A DNA stretch of 64,000 nucleotides from assembly GCA_965203295.1 (NCBI GenBank), contig CBDBCZ010000019.1, positions 800,001 to 864,000 of the forward strand. Reading direction: 5' to 3'. A program made the position numbers and the translations under genes. The DNA comes from Nitrospirales bacterium (lineage in GTDB: Bacteria > Nitrospirota > Nitrospiria > Nitrospirales > UBA8639). This document shows positions 40,393 through 51,347 of the stretch, piece by piece (positions within the stretch are counted from its first letter, which is position 1; each line of letters opens with the position of its first letter). Under the pieces are notes generated by a model, which had not been told where the DNA came from, did not search any database, and saw nothing but the letters and a program-made list of their open reading frames with translations.

Positions 40393-42333
40393 CTACACAT
40401 CGAGATTGTCAGCGAATGTGGCATTGGCCATGAGAAATTCATATCGTGCCTCGGTCCGCTTACCCATGAGATCCTGGAAGGTTCGATTGGTCGCGAGTTC
40501 ATCGTGGAGGTCAACCTTCAAGAGTCGTCTCGTCGCGGCATTCAGTGTCGTCTCTTTTAATTGTTGAGGGAACATTTCCCCCAAACCTTTAAACCGACTT
40601 ATGATCGGTTTGGTGTTTCCCTTGACTTGGCCAAGAATGCGATCTTTTTCCTCATCGGATCCTGCCCAATGAACCTCTTTTCCGATATCAATACGGAACA
40701 ATGGTGGTTGCGCAATATACACATGGCCCCTTCTGATAAGTTCCAACAAGTGTCTGAAGAAAAATGTCAGCATGAGCGTGGTGATATGGTATCCGTCGAT
40801 ATCTGCATCCATGAGGAGAATAATCTTGTGGTAACGGAGCTTCTGAATATCAAAATCTTTACCGATCCCACAGCCCAGCACCCTGACCAGATCGCCTAAT
40901 TCTTTATTGTCGACCACTTTTGTCAGAGTCAGCTTTTCGGTGTTGAGAACCTTACCTCGAATAGGGAGAATGGCTTGGGTTTTCAAATCTCGTCCCTGCT
41001 TAGCGGTGCCTCCAGCCGAATCACCTTCAACGATAAACAACTCGCTGATAGAAGGATCAGTGCTTTGACAATCAGCTAATTTCCCTGGAAGGTTCAAGCG
41101 GTGACTTACGGCGGATTTTCGCATCACGGCTTTGGAGGCTTCCCGTGAGGCTTCGCGTGCCCGAGCGGCCAAAATCATTCGCCCAACCAACGTTTCCGCA
41201 ATGCTTTGGTTTTCGTTCAGAAAAGTTTCTAACTGGGGCCGAATGGCGCTATCGACTAGCCCCTGGGTTTCAGGGTTGTTTAAGCGTTCTTTGGTCTGTC
41301 CCTGGAACTGAGGATTGAGCATGAGCACACTCAACACACTGGCAAGACCTTCCCGAATGTCCTCTGCCTGCAACGTCAAACCCTTGGGAGCTAAATTATG
41401 GGTTTCGATGTAATTCCGGACAGCCTTGACAATTCCAGCCCGTAAGCCAATTTCGTGCGTCCCGCCATTCGTGGTGGCGATCCCATTGACAAAACTTCGC
41501 ACAAATTCTGCAGGCTCATCTGTCCATTGCAGCGCTACCTCCATCCCAAATCCATTTTCGGGAACGGCTTGGTCACCTTTGGCATGAAACGTGCGGTCAA
41601 GATAGAACACGAAATCCGCAGTGGGTTTTCGGTCGCGGTCAGCCACCAACCTGGTTAAGTATTTTTGGATACCTTGCTCATGGACAAAGTGATGGATTTC
41701 CCCAGCTTTCCCATCCTTGAAGGTAATTTTCAGCCCTTTATGGAGGTACGATTTCGCTTCGAGGGTCTCTTTGAGGAGGTTAGGATCAAAAAGGGCTTTC
41801 TTCCCAAAGATCTTTGGATCTGGCTGAAAATAAATCTGGGTGCCAGTGCCTCGTACAGAGCCGCCTCGCTTAATCGGCCCCTTGGGGTCTCCCATTTGAT
41901 ACGCCTGCTGCCATTCATAGCCTTCTCGTTTCACGGTGACTTCTAAATAGTGAGAAAGCGCATTCACGACCGAAGCTCCCACGCCATGAAGACCTCCAGA
42001 GTGAATGTAACTTCCGGTATCGAATTTTCCTCCGGCGTGCAGTGTCGTCATGATGATTTCCAAGGCGGATTTGTTGTATTTCTGGTGTTTCCCGATGGGA
42101 ATGCCCCGTCCATTGTCTGTGATCCGTATGCCTTCTTGGGTTTTGTCGAGCTCCACCACAATCGTGGAAGCGTACCCATTGATGACCTCATCGATCGCGT
42201 TATCCAGAATTTCCCAGACAAGGTGATGAAGGCCAGTCTTGTCGATTCCGCCGATGTACATCGCTGGCCGTCGTCGGACTGGTTCAATCCCTTCTAAAAC
42301 GACAATGTCACTTGCTTCATATTTATTTGCCAT
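40393..42333 (-). CDS. parE: Type IIA topoisomerase subunit B (ParE-like)
   Basis: EILDNAIDE, GGLHGVG, EGDSA, PIRGK, DADIDG; short form without the gyrase insertion. Confidence 0.8.
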   Translation of the reverse strand: MANKYEASDIVVLEGIEPVRRRPAMYIGGIDKTGLHHLVWEILDNAIDEVINGYASTIVVELDKTQEGIRITDNGRGIPIGKHQKYNKSALEIIMTTLHAGGKFDTGSYIHSGGLHGVGASVVNALSHYLEVTVKREGYEWQQAYQMGDPKGPIKRGGSVRGTGTQIYFQPDPKIFGKKALFDPNLLKETLEAKSYLHKGLKITFKDGKAGEIHHFVHEQGIQKYLTRLVADRDRKPTADFVFYLDRTFHAKGDQAVPENGFGMEVALQWTDEPAEFVRSFVNGIATTNGGTHEIGLRAGIVKAVRNYIETHNLAPKGLTLQAEDIREGLASVLSVLMLNPQFQGQTKERLNNPETQGLVDSAIRPQLETFLNENQSIAETLVGRMILAARAREASREASKAVMRKSAVSHRLNLPGKLADCQSTDPSISELFIVEGDSAGGTAKQGRDLKTQAILPIRGKVLNTEKLTLTKVVDNKELGDLVRVLGCGIGKDFDIQKLRYHKIILLMDADIDGYHITTLMLTFFFRHLLELIRRGHVYIAQPPLFRIDIGKEVHWAGSDEEKDRILGQVKGNTKPIISRFKGLGEMFPQQLKETTLNAATRRLLKVDLHDELATNRTFQDLMGKRTEARYEFLMANATFADNLDV

Positions 42334-42412
42334 TCTGTCTGAATGTTACCTCATCACGAAAGCTTGGAAATGCTTAACGTCACTCCCCCCATCTTATCAC
42401 CTTCTAGTAAGG

Positions 42413-44845
42413 TCAAATCTCGGGTCTGTGTCCATTATTTTCACTGGGGAAAGTTGGGAGAACAACATCGATTGGGAGAATCTCTTTGAAGAGGCCACGT
42501 TTGAACATGGCATGGCCTTTCCCACCACGGGTAACGGGTTGGTATTTTTTTGCTGAAATCTTGATTGTCGATTCATCTTCTTTAAGCAGGACCATATGGT
42601 CTTCTTTGGTCGTGAAGAGTCGATAGGCCAAGACCAGGTCGTCACTCTCCAATTTCATGATAATCACTCCTTTGCCTGCACCCGATAAAAGGGCAACTTC
42701 TTCTGCTTTGCAGAGGAGCAGACGTCCACGTTTCGATGCCACGGCCACATGGGCATGGGATAAAGATGGCGGCAGGAGATCAACCCCAACGACTTCCTCT
42801 CTTTCTTTCACCCTCATGAATTTTCTTCCCAATCGAGTCGATGGCTCCCTAAAGGTTCCTAAATCAAACCTAACACCCATTCCTGAAGAGGACACGGCCA
42901 AGGCTTGACCGAGCGGTTTGGACTCGTCGTGAGATCCGTAGTCGAACAAGGGAAGGGATGAAGAAGGTTGTTTTGAGGAAAGTGGTGATGGGAGCATACG
43001 AGGGTCAAGGCTGAAGGCTGCCACCACACGTTCGCCGTCCTTAAACTTAAACAGTTTTTGAGCTGGATCGCCGTATCCGCTTCGCGCGGGAGGAATGTCG
43101 GCAATTCGAATCGTGTAGGCGCTACCGTAGTTTGAAAAGAACACGACCGGATCTAACGTGCTTCCACCTATAGCGGTCAGAAGAGAGTCTCCTTCCCGCA
43201 AACGCGCTTTGCTTAAGTCCTTGACAATGCCCACCCGACGAATCCACCCGTCGGTGGAAACAGTGATAATGGCATCTTCTTTCACCATGTAGGCTTCCGG
43301 ATCGAATTCTATTTCTTCGATCTGTCTTCGCCCGATCTTGGACTGTCGCTTGTCACTGTACGTTTTGGCTAAGTCCTGAAGTTCCCGTTTGACCTCACCC
43401 CACAACTTGGCCTTTGAACCAAGGAGTGTTTGGAGTTCCTTAGCCTGGCGACGTTTGTCAGCGAGTTCATCGAGCATTTTCTTGATCTCAGGTTTTGACA
43501 ATTTGTAAATCGGGATTTCCAAGATAGCCTCGGTTTGTACCGCATCCAGCTCGAACCGACGTTGGAGTTTGTGAGCGGAATCTGCTTTGCCACCGCTTTG
43601 TCTGATAATTTTCAAGACCTGATCGAGATCATCAAAAATCGTTTTAAAACCATTCAAAATATGAATGCGCTGTTCCAGAATTCGAAGATCGTAAGTAAAC
43701 CGCCGGCGCACCGTTTCAAACCGGAAATCCACGAAATGTTCGAGGATCTGCTTCAAATTGAGACAGTCAGGTCGGGTCAGGGAGGATCCTGGAACCGGAA
43801 TTAAGCAGGTGAGATTGACAGAAAAATTATTTTGAAGGGGCGTATTCTTAAAGAGGTAGGCCAGGGCTACCTGTGGATCGTCATCCTTTTGCAATTCGAG
43901 CACAATGCGGACATCGGTTGTGGATTCATCACGAACATCCAGGAGTTGGGGGACCTTTCTGGCAGCAATGAGTTCACCGATTTGCTCAACAATGGTGGAT
44001 TTATCGACAGCAAAGGGAATGGATGTAATGAGGATTTGTGATTGCCCACGCTCTCCAGGTTCCACAACGTATTCCCCTCGTAGTTTGATCGACCCTTGGC
44101 CGGTCTCATAAATCTCCCGGAGTTCTGTCCGGCTATTGAGGATCTCTCCACCTGTAGGAAAATCGGGCCCTTTCACCTGTTTCATGAGATCCGCGATTGA
44201 GCAGTCCCGATTGTCAATGAGGGTTATGGCGGCTTCAGTGACTTCGGTGAGATTGTGAGAGGGGATATTAGTCGCCATTCCCACGGCAATCCCGGTTGAC
44301 CCATTCACCAGGATATTGGGGAAACTCGCTGGCAGGATAAGTGGCTCTTCCCCCTTTCCATCGTAGTTGGCTTGAAAATCGACGGTATCCTTATTCAATT
44401 CTGATAGAAGTTCCAGAGCAATGGGGGTCAAGCGAGCTTCCGTGTAGCGGTATGCGGCTGGAGGATCCCCATCGATGCTCCCAAAATTCCCATGTCCATC
44501 AACAAGGATGGCTCTTAATGACCAGCGTTGAGCCATTCGCGCCATGGCGTCATACACTGCGGCATCCCCGTGAGGATGCCACTCTCCGATAACGGACCCC
44601 ACGACCTTTGCACTTTTGATGGGAGGGCGCTCTGGGATGAGCCGGTGATTGTGGAACATTGAAAACAGGATGCGGCGTTGGACAGGCTTAAGGCCATCGC
44701 GGACATCCGGTAAGGCGCGAGAGGTAATGACCGAAAGGGCATAATTTAAATATCGCTGTCTGGTGGTCTGATCTAGGGGAACTGGGATAATCGTTTCTGT
44801 GGGGGGAGAACCGGATTGAGAGTTCTTCGCTGGGTTACGTGCCAT
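42413..44845 (-). CDS. parC: Type IIA topoisomerase subunit A (ParC-like)
   Basis: RALPDVRDGLKPVQRR, HPHGD, AAYRYTE; no canonical GyrA box at the start of the CTD. Confidence 0.8.
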   Translation of the reverse strand: MARNPAKNSQSGSPPTETIIPVPLDQTTRQRYLNYALSVITSRALPDVRDGLKPVQRRILFSMFHNHRLIPERPPIKSAKVVGSVIGEWHPHGDAAVYDAMARMAQRWSLRAILVDGHGNFGSIDGDPPAAYRYTEARLTPIALELLSELNKDTVDFQANYDGKGEEPLILPASFPNILVNGSTGIAVGMATNIPSHNLTEVTEAAITLIDNRDCSIADLMKQVKGPDFPTGGEILNSRTELREIYETGQGSIKLRGEYVVEPGERGQSQILITSIPFAVDKSTIVEQIGELIAARKVPQLLDVRDESTTDVRIVLELQKDDDPQVALAYLFKNTPLQNNFSVNLTCLIPVPGSSLTRPDCLNLKQILEHFVDFRFETVRRRFTYDLRILEQRIHILNGFKTIFDDLDQVLKIIRQSGGKADSAHKLQRRFELDAVQTEAILEIPIYKLSKPEIKKMLDELADKRRQAKELQTLLGSKAKLWGEVKRELQDLAKTYSDKRQSKIGRRQIEEIEFDPEAYMVKEDAIITVSTDGWIRRVGIVKDLSKARLREGDSLLTAIGGSTLDPVVFFSNYGSAYTIRIADIPPARSGYGDPAQKLFKFKDGERVVAAFSLDPRMLPSPLSSKQPSSSLPLFDYGSHDESKPLGQALAVSSSGMGVRFDLGTFREPSTRLGRKFMRVKEREEVVGVDLLPPSLSHAHVAVASKRGRLLLCKAEEVALLSGAGKGVIIMKLESDDLVLAYRLFTTKEDHMVLLKEDESTIKISAKKYQPVTRGGKGHAMFKRGLFKEILPIDVVLPTFPSENNGHRPEI

Positions 44846-44934
44846 GTTGATGGTACCTTAACAAAACATCACGATATGGGTAACGGTGATTGATTCTCTC
44901 GAACTTTTTGAGATGCGGGACGTGACGCATAGGA

Positions 44935-46368
44935 CTACGGGAAAACGCGAGTGTCTGCTGAAGGCAAAGGTCCAAGTAAGTGTTCAGGTGTGGTCATCGG
45001 TTCGAGTTCCTTCGGTAAGTCAAGACGATCAGTTATTCGGGATCGGATCCAATTAGGATCCCACCATTCTATGGGGTTCACCTGGATGCCATGGAGCAAC
45101 AAACTGAAATGCAGATGATCACCTGCGGCGAGTCCTGTGCTTCCTGTATAGCCAATGATTTGTCCCTTTTCAATCCAATCGCCTTGCTTCATATTAAACG
45201 CGGAAAGATGAGCGTAGAGGGACTGTAATCCATACCCATGGTCCAGGACGATGGTATGCCCATAAATGCCTAAATACCCAGAAAAGACGACCTCCCCGTA
45301 GTTTGTGGCTTCTACAGGGTAATGTTTGGTCACAGCAAGATCGAATCCAAGGTGATCTTGGGTATCGACCTCTCTTCCTCGATAGAAATATTTTCGATGA
45401 TCGGCAAATGCCGCTTCGACTTGGGATTGGGATAACTGTTTGAAAGGGCCGCGCCACCGGAATTCTGGTTTGCTGTACTTGGAGAATTCAACTAATTGCT
45501 GATTATTGATCGATCGAAGTGTATTGTTCACTTCCAGGAAATTCTTGAGATTATCGTTTTGGTCTTCAACGACTGGGGTTTGTTGAATGATTGGCAACAC
45601 CGTTTGTTCAATAAATCTATCGGTTATTTTGATCCGACGAGTCCGCCAGCGTTTTGGAAGAATACGATAGTCAAGGTCTTGGGTAACGTGATTTCCCAGC
45701 CCATCGTCAGCCACGATTTGAATGGTCTGACGAGGTGACAAGTTATGGGGGATAGCAAAAAGAGAAAATTTGCGAAATCCTTTTGGTGTTGAATATCCGG
45801 GGAAGAACGCTGGGCCTACCTGAACCCCGTGGGTGTCGGCGTCTTCCGACACACGATAAAATACTAATCCAGATCCTCCCTGAGGGATTGGATCATGCGC
45901 GGAAAGCACTTCTATTTTAGGGGGGGTAAATTTCACGGAAAATTCTTGCGATAATCTTTCCGAATTCCCAGTAAAGAACTCTCGCCATGAATAATCTCGG
46001 CTCGTCACCACCAATGTTGCGGGGCCCCTTCGCCGAGGAAGGTTCTCGTCAGCAAATGGCACAAGCTCTATGTCAAAATCGTGCTCGGTCCCTCCCTGTG
46101 ATGACAGGGGACCTTCTGTGGGGAACTGCTTTTGTACGAGGGTGAACGTTTCAAGGTTTTGGACGATGTGCACGGAAATTTCGCGAAGACCTGTTTCAGA
46201 ATCCTCGATATGGAGAGACAGAGGAGTATTGGGTCCGACAAGGCTAAAAGGTTTTCTCAAGGTGATTTGTGGTGGTGTGTGGTCACCCCATCGGTAATAC
46301 CCGACAAACGCCAGATACAGCGAGAGAATCCCTACGATGATGATAAGAAAAATCGATTTATTCAACAA
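44935..46368 (-). CDS. M23 family metallopeptidase, membrane anchored
   Basis: HLGFD, YAHL, HLHF motifs. Confidence 0.88.
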   Translation of the reverse strand: MLNKSIFLIIIVGILSLYLAFVGYYRWGDHTPPQITLRKPFSLVGPNTPLSLHIEDSETGLREISVHIVQNLETFTLVQKQFPTEGPLSSQGGTEHDFDIELVPFADENLPRRRGPATLVVTSRDYSWREFFTGNSERLSQEFSVKFTPPKIEVLSAHDPIPQGGSGLVFYRVSEDADTHGVQVGPAFFPGYSTPKGFRKFSLFAIPHNLSPRQTIQIVADDGLGNHVTQDLDYRILPKRWRTRRIKITDRFIEQTVLPIIQQTPVVEDQNDNLKNFLEVNNTLRSINNQQLVEFSKYSKPEFRWRGPFKQLSQSQVEAAFADHRKYFYRGREVDTQDHLGFDLAVTKHYPVEATNYGEVVFSGYLGIYGHTIVLDHGYGLQSLYAHLSAFNMKQGDWIEKGQIIGYTGSTGLAAGDHLHFSLLLHGIQVNPIEWWDPNWIRSRITDRLDLPKELEPMTTPEHLLGPLPSADTRVFP

Positions 46369-47038
46369 AGCAAGATGTCCATCGTGTGATGTGTCAATCT
46401 AGCAAGATGTTCAACGATTGTACCAGATGGCCTCCTGTTGCTCGAAGGCCGTCACCAACTCGGTCGCATTTCTCACTCGTGTTCCTGCCTTGGACCTTTC
46501 ACGCCGAGAGTAGACTGTTCTCTTGACGTGGGGGATGTTCGAAGGAGGTGTGCCCTTTGTGAGGGTGTACAGGACCAGGTATCCGCGGTTGTCCTAGGAA
46601 CGGCACTCCTGGGACGGCAGGATGGGAGGCAAGGTAAACCATCCTGCTGGAATGATTTTGTTGAACGTCTTGTCGCATTCCTTTGGTTGTTTTTATCTTT
46701 CTCTGAAAAGTTGAGTTCTTGGAAATCTTGAGTTGTTTGATAACCTGCTATTGGGTGAGGAAGTCTATGATTTTTTGAGAATCCTTGCAATTGATTTTCT
46801 GGAAAGATATTTCTGGCGAGGTCAATCGAGGCAAGCATCGAGTGACAAGAGCCTCTTGGCGTACGGGATCAAGGCTTCAATAACGGCTGACTCTTGACAG
46901 GCGAGTATTGATGCCATAGCCTGAACTCCTTTTTGACTCGTGAAACGCGTTGAGGGTTCAATAGTTGAAAAGCAAGAAATGCTGATGAACTGATGGATAC
47001 AAGTGTGACTGTTTCGGTCTTTTCCAGAAGGAGGAAGA

Positions 47039-48070
47039 GTGAGTCTGGTCAGTGAAGTTCTGGGTTGGTTTTCCAGTGATCTAGCCATTGATCTCGGCAC
47101 GGCTTCGACGTTGGTGTATGTACGGGGTCGTGGCATTCAGCTCTGTGAGCCTTCGGTTGTGGCTTTGGAAAAGCAATCCAACTCCGTTTTGGCCGTCGGG
47201 GCTGAGGCGAAGCGCATGGTCGGCCGGACGCCAGGGAATATCGTCACGATTCGTCCCATCAAAGAAGGAGTCATTGCTGACTTTGCCATAACTGAACGAA
47301 TGCTCAACTATTTCATCACAAAAGCCCATAACCGAAATACCTTTGTCCGCCCTCGATGCGTGATTGGCGTTCCCTCACGAATTACCGAAGTTGAGCAGAG
47401 AGCCGTTCGGGAATCAGCCACTCACGCTGGAGCTCGTGAAGTCTATTTGATTGAAGAGCCCGTGGCTGCGGCTATTGGAGCCGGGCTCCCTATCACTGAG
47501 CCATCCGGTAATATGGTCGTGGACATTGGGGGAGGAACGACGGACATTGCGGTCATCTCGCTTGGTGGAATCGTCTGCAGTGAGTCGGTCAAGGTCGCTG
47601 GTGATAAAATGGATGATGCCATCATGAGTTACATCAAGAGGCGGTACAATCTCGTCATTGGCGACCATATGGCGGAATTAGTCAAAATGGAGATCGGGTC
47701 GGCTTATCCATTAGAAGAGCGCAAAACCATGATGGTGAAGGGGCGTGATATGATTTCAGGGATTCCCCGCACGGTGGTGGTCAATGATGCAGAAGTTCGA
47801 GAGGCGTTGGAAGATCCCATCCATACCATTGTTAATGCGCTGCGTACTTCCCTAGAAAATATTCCTCCCGAATTAGCCGGAGATATTATTGATCGGGGAG
47901 TCGTGATTACAGGAGGAGGCTCCTTACTCCCTGGGTTGGCGACACGATTTCAAGAAGAAACCAATCTTCCCATCATCACGGTTGATGACCCTCTCACATC
48001 TGTTGTGCTGGGAGTGGGAAAGGTGTTAGACGAGATAGAACTCATGCGAAAGGTGGATCTCTTATCTTAA
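47039..48070 (+). CDS. mreB: Actin-like rod-shape protein MreB (stand-alone)
   Basis: IDLGTA, GVIADF, DIGGGTT, TGGGSLL. Confidence 0.93.
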   Translation: MSLVSEVLGWFSSDLAIDLGTASTLVYVRGRGIQLCEPSVVALEKQSNSVLAVGAEAKRMVGRTPGNIVTIRPIKEGVIADFAITERMLNYFITKAHNRNTFVRPRCVIGVPSRITEVEQRAVRESATHAGAREVYLIEEPVAAAIGAGLPITEPSGNMVVDIGGGTTDIAVISLGGIVCSESVKVAGDKMDDAIMSYIKRRYNLVIGDHMAELVKMEIGSAYPLEERKTMMVKGRDMISGIPRTVVVNDAEVREALEDPIHTIVNALRTSLENIPPELAGDIIDRGVVITGGGSLLPGLATRFQEETNLPIITVDDPLTSVVLGVGKVLDEIELMRKVDLLS

Positions 48071-48128
48071 GACCGTAATAAGAGGTAAATGCGAATAGGC
48101 TCCTTTGACCATCGAGGAAGGTCTATCA

Positions 48129-49345
48129 TCACGGGCGAACCGATGATGGGGCAAGACGGGAAATGGTTCCTCCATGGTCCACGATATAGATTTCACCTTC
48201 CTCATCCTCTCCAAACGAGGTAATTCGTAAGCCTGTGTTGGCTAACACCTTTGGGGCCTTATTCGTAAGCCCCATAATTTCTCCGCTACAGTAATCTCCA
48301 AAAATATAGGTCCCCCTCAACGCAGGAATTTTGTTCCCTCGATACACATATCCTCCAGTGATCGCACAGCGTGGTGATTCATTCTTGTATTCTGCCACCG
48401 GTAGGGAAAGTCCCAATTGAGAACATCCTTTGGCGGGGGCATAGCAGTGGGACCCCTCCATGATTCGCCATCCGTGATTCGCCATCCGTAATTCTTTCCT
48501 CTTTCGACAAGGTCAATTTCTTCCCACTGGTTTTGGCCGACATCTCCCACCCATAGTTCGCCGGTTTCTCGATCAAAAGAAAACCGCCAGGGGTTCCGAA
48601 AACCCAAGGCATAGATTTCGGTTCGACCCTGGTCTTCAAAGAAAGGATTGGTGGAGGGACTGTCATAAGGTGAGCCATGATCCGTATCAAGGCGTATAAC
48701 TTTGCCGAGCAATTGGGAGGGATCTTGCCCTCTGTTTCCGGGATCTCCTCCTGACCCTCCATCGCCCGTCCCAATATACAGAAAACCGTCAGGACCAAAA
48801 GCCACCATACCACCATTATGATTGCCGTAAGGTTGTGGAATGGTCAAAAGGATTCGTTCTGTGGAAGAAGATTGGTTTGGGTTGTCGGACACCGTCAGTT
48901 CCGTGATCACGGTGGCCCCATCTTCAGAACGCGTGTAGTTAACGACAAACCGACCATTGCGACGGAAGTTGGGATGGAACGCCAAACCTAACAACCCTCG
49001 TTCTCCTCCAAACCCGACTTTTGAGGTCATGTCCAGGAAGGGGCGGGAAAGTAAGATTCCTTCTTGAATGATTCGAATTCGCCCAGGTTGTTCAACAACG
49101 AACAGCCTGAAACTCTGGTCTCCCGCGTGTGTAATAAAAATGGGATTTTCAAGGCCGGAGGTCACGAGTGGTGCTAAAGAAATTGGGCTCGGGTCCAAGT
49201 GAACCGTGAGCGAGAGCCCAAAAGCTAGTAGGGGTGTCGTTGTGAGAAAAACCATGAACACCACAAATCCAATTTTTGGTTTCAATAGAGTCAAGATTGC
49301 AGAAACCTTTGAATTCGAGTTATAAATTAGCATGATTAGGTTCAT
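48129..49345 (-). pseudogene. PQQ-dependent glucose/sorbosone dehydrogenase family protein, frameshifted (start uncertain)
   Basis: GERGLLGLAFHP, NHNGG, GFRNPWRFSFD; 14-nt tandem duplication at 48461-48488 splits NYGWRIMEG across two ORFs. Confidence 0.85.
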
Positions 49346-49356
49346 TGGAGTCTCAG

Positions 49357-49551
49357 ATGATTTTAAAATATGAAAGCGACGTTTTGGATTCCGAAGATTC
49401 ACGGGGAAATTTTTATCATGTGTGTCAGGGACGAGTCCAGGACGCACCCTTGTCCATCCCTCCTCGTGATCAACCCTATGAATGTCCGGATTGTGGAATT
49501 GATTTGGAACTAGAAGATTTTCTGCTAGCCCAACAGCGTGGATGGTCCTAA
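49357..49551 (+). CDS. Small hypothetical protein with HxC and CPDC
   Basis: GGAG SD before ATG 49357; zinc-ribbon-like motif. Confidence 0.45.
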   Translation: MILKYESDVLDSEDSRGNFYHVCQGRVQDAPLSIPPRDQPYECPDCGIDLELEDFLLAQQRGWS

Positions 49552-49784
49552 CGACGCTCAGAAGGAACGAAATTCATGGCATCGAACCAAGAACGAAAAC
49601 TGTCTCTGTGATGCGAGGGCTCCTCATTCTCTGTTCAACTTGTTATGAGCAAGTCATTGAGGAAAAACTGGTGGATCATCGTAATTATGTGGAAAACCAT
49701 GAAGCCTTGTTTGATGTCATCTGTCCAGGGTGTGAGGATCTCAATCGACCGCTTGTCGATGACATGTTGGGAAGTTCTGAATGA
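49542..49784 (+). CDS. Small hypothetical protein with two CxxC (start may be ATG 49611)
   Basis: CSTC and CPGC. Confidence 0.5.
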   Translation: MVLTTLRRNEIHGIEPRTKTVSVMRGLLILCSTCYEQVIEEKLVDHRNYVENHEALFDVICPGCEDLNRPLVDDMLGSSE

Positions 49785-49935
49785 ATCGTCTGCTTGTAAG
49801 AAGATCTTACCTGACACTCCAACTCTTGAACGAGTCTCACTTTGGCTATCCACCTCAACGAGTTTTTGATAAAATATTAACCTGTTTATTTTGGAGAAAG
49901 GCTCCAGAAATTTCCTTTTTTTGATTCGATAGATT

Positions 49936-50889
49936 TTGGTGAGGGAGGATGCCATGGGCTGTATCGGGCGGGAGCGTCATACGAAGAGCCTACTTTTCAT
50001 GATATTTGGCCTTATACTGGTGGGGCCATGGACTAGTGGTCAGGCAGCATCTTTACGTGAGGACGGTCATGCAACTGATAGAACTGAACCAACGCCATTG
50101 ATCTTAGTCGCTCAAAGTAGGGGCACACCTTCTCCAAACTTGAGCCATTCCCTTCAGTTTTTCGCTTCAGTTGCAACAGATGAAGAAATTCCTGTTATGG
50201 CTGAAACAGTGGTTGAAGGGAGTGCAGTTGAAGAAAGTTCTTTTGAAGATTTTGATGATCCCTTTGAAGAAGACCTTGGTGAAGAAGTCTATGATCCGTG
50301 GGAACCTTTTAATTCTGCCATGTTTACGTTCAACTATAGACTTGATCGACATGTTTTAAAGCCAGTGGCCAAAGGCCATGATTGGGTCGTGCCTCCTGAT
50401 GCCCAAGATTCCATCGGCAATGCTTTTGATAATATAGGCTTTCCGCATCGATTCCTGAACGACATTTTTCAAGGAAAATTCAAGACGGCTGGAGTTGAAC
50501 TCAGTCGGTTTCTCATTAACAGTACGATTGGAATCGGGGGGTTTTTTGACGTGGCGAAATATGGATTTGATATTGAGGCCCCTCATGCTGAAGATACGGG
50601 ACAAACCATGGCCCATTATGGTGCAAAATCTGGTCCTTATCTCGTTCTTCCCTTCCTTCCCCCCATGACCGTACGGGATGGGGTTGGTTTTGCCGGAGAT
50701 GTGGCCATGAATCCCTTGAACTGGTTCGTGCCTCTCGTCCAGAATTTTTCTGCTAGAGTAGGAGAAATGGTCAACGAACGATCAAGGAACCTGGAGTCGT
50801 TTGAGGGGATTGAAGAGTCAACTGTAGACTTGTACGGAGCCGTTCGGTCTGGATATTTTCAAAAACGTAGTCAAGCCATTAAGAAATAG
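49936..50889 (+). CDS. mlaA: VacJ/MlaA family protein
   Basis: DPWEPFNSAMFTFN, RFLINSTIGIGG, EDTGQT, GPYLVLPFL. Confidence 0.9.
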   Translation: MVREDAMGCIGRERHTKSLLFMIFGLILVGPWTSGQAASLREDGHATDRTEPTPLILVAQSRGTPSPNLSHSLQFFASVATDEEIPVMAETVVEGSAVEESSFEDFDDPFEEDLGEEVYDPWEPFNSAMFTFNYRLDRHVLKPVAKGHDWVVPPDAQDSIGNAFDNIGFPHRFLNDIFQGKFKTAGVELSRFLINSTIGIGGFFDVAKYGFDIEAPHAEDTGQTMAHYGAKSGPYLVLPFLPPMTVRDGVGFAGDVAMNPLNWFVPLVQNFSARVGEMVNERSRNLESFEGIEESTVDLYGAVRSGYFQKRSQAIKK

Positions 50890-50990
50890 ACGTGCAGGAC
50901 CCTCAAACATCTGACAAGTTCCTTTCTATCATTTCTTAAAGACCTGCTTCAGAGAATCACTGTCTCTGGGAGTAACACGAGACATCATCA

Positions 50991-51224
50991 TTAATTCATC
51001 GAGCAGGCTCCTGGTCCTCTCGGATCTCCACATGTTCCGCAACCTTGCAGCTCCCCTAGTAAAGCCTCCATCCGTCGTTCCTCCGCCTACTGCGAAGGCT
51101 GACAACTGCTTTTCAATGTTCTGTGTTCGACATATCGGACATGTGGGAACCGTTGAGCTCTGGACAATAGATTCAAAATGATGCGAACATTCCTCACAGA
51201 TGTACTCAACTCAAATAGTGGTAT
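50991..51224 (-). pseudogene. FmdB-family zinc-ribbon protein, inactivated
   Basis: Reconstructs to (M)PLFEYICEECSHHFE...CPIC...EKQLSAFAVG...GCGTCGDPRGPGACSMN*; start is ATA, TTGAG is duplicated, second frameshift near 51050. Confidence 0.75.
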
Positions 51225-51347
51225 AGATCTCACCCCCCAAATCATGGTCTTCCATTATAGGCAGCGGGAAGCGAATTTGACAATCTTGAAGAATGGTCAG
51301 AGGTGAAAGAGAAAGGGAGATAAATCTAAGCTCAAGGAGAGCCTAAA

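Noticed and set aside
46438..46920. Overlapping ORFs between the M23 gene and mreB
   Set aside because: No recognisable motif; possibly a decayed gene, but no consistent frame could be rebuilt
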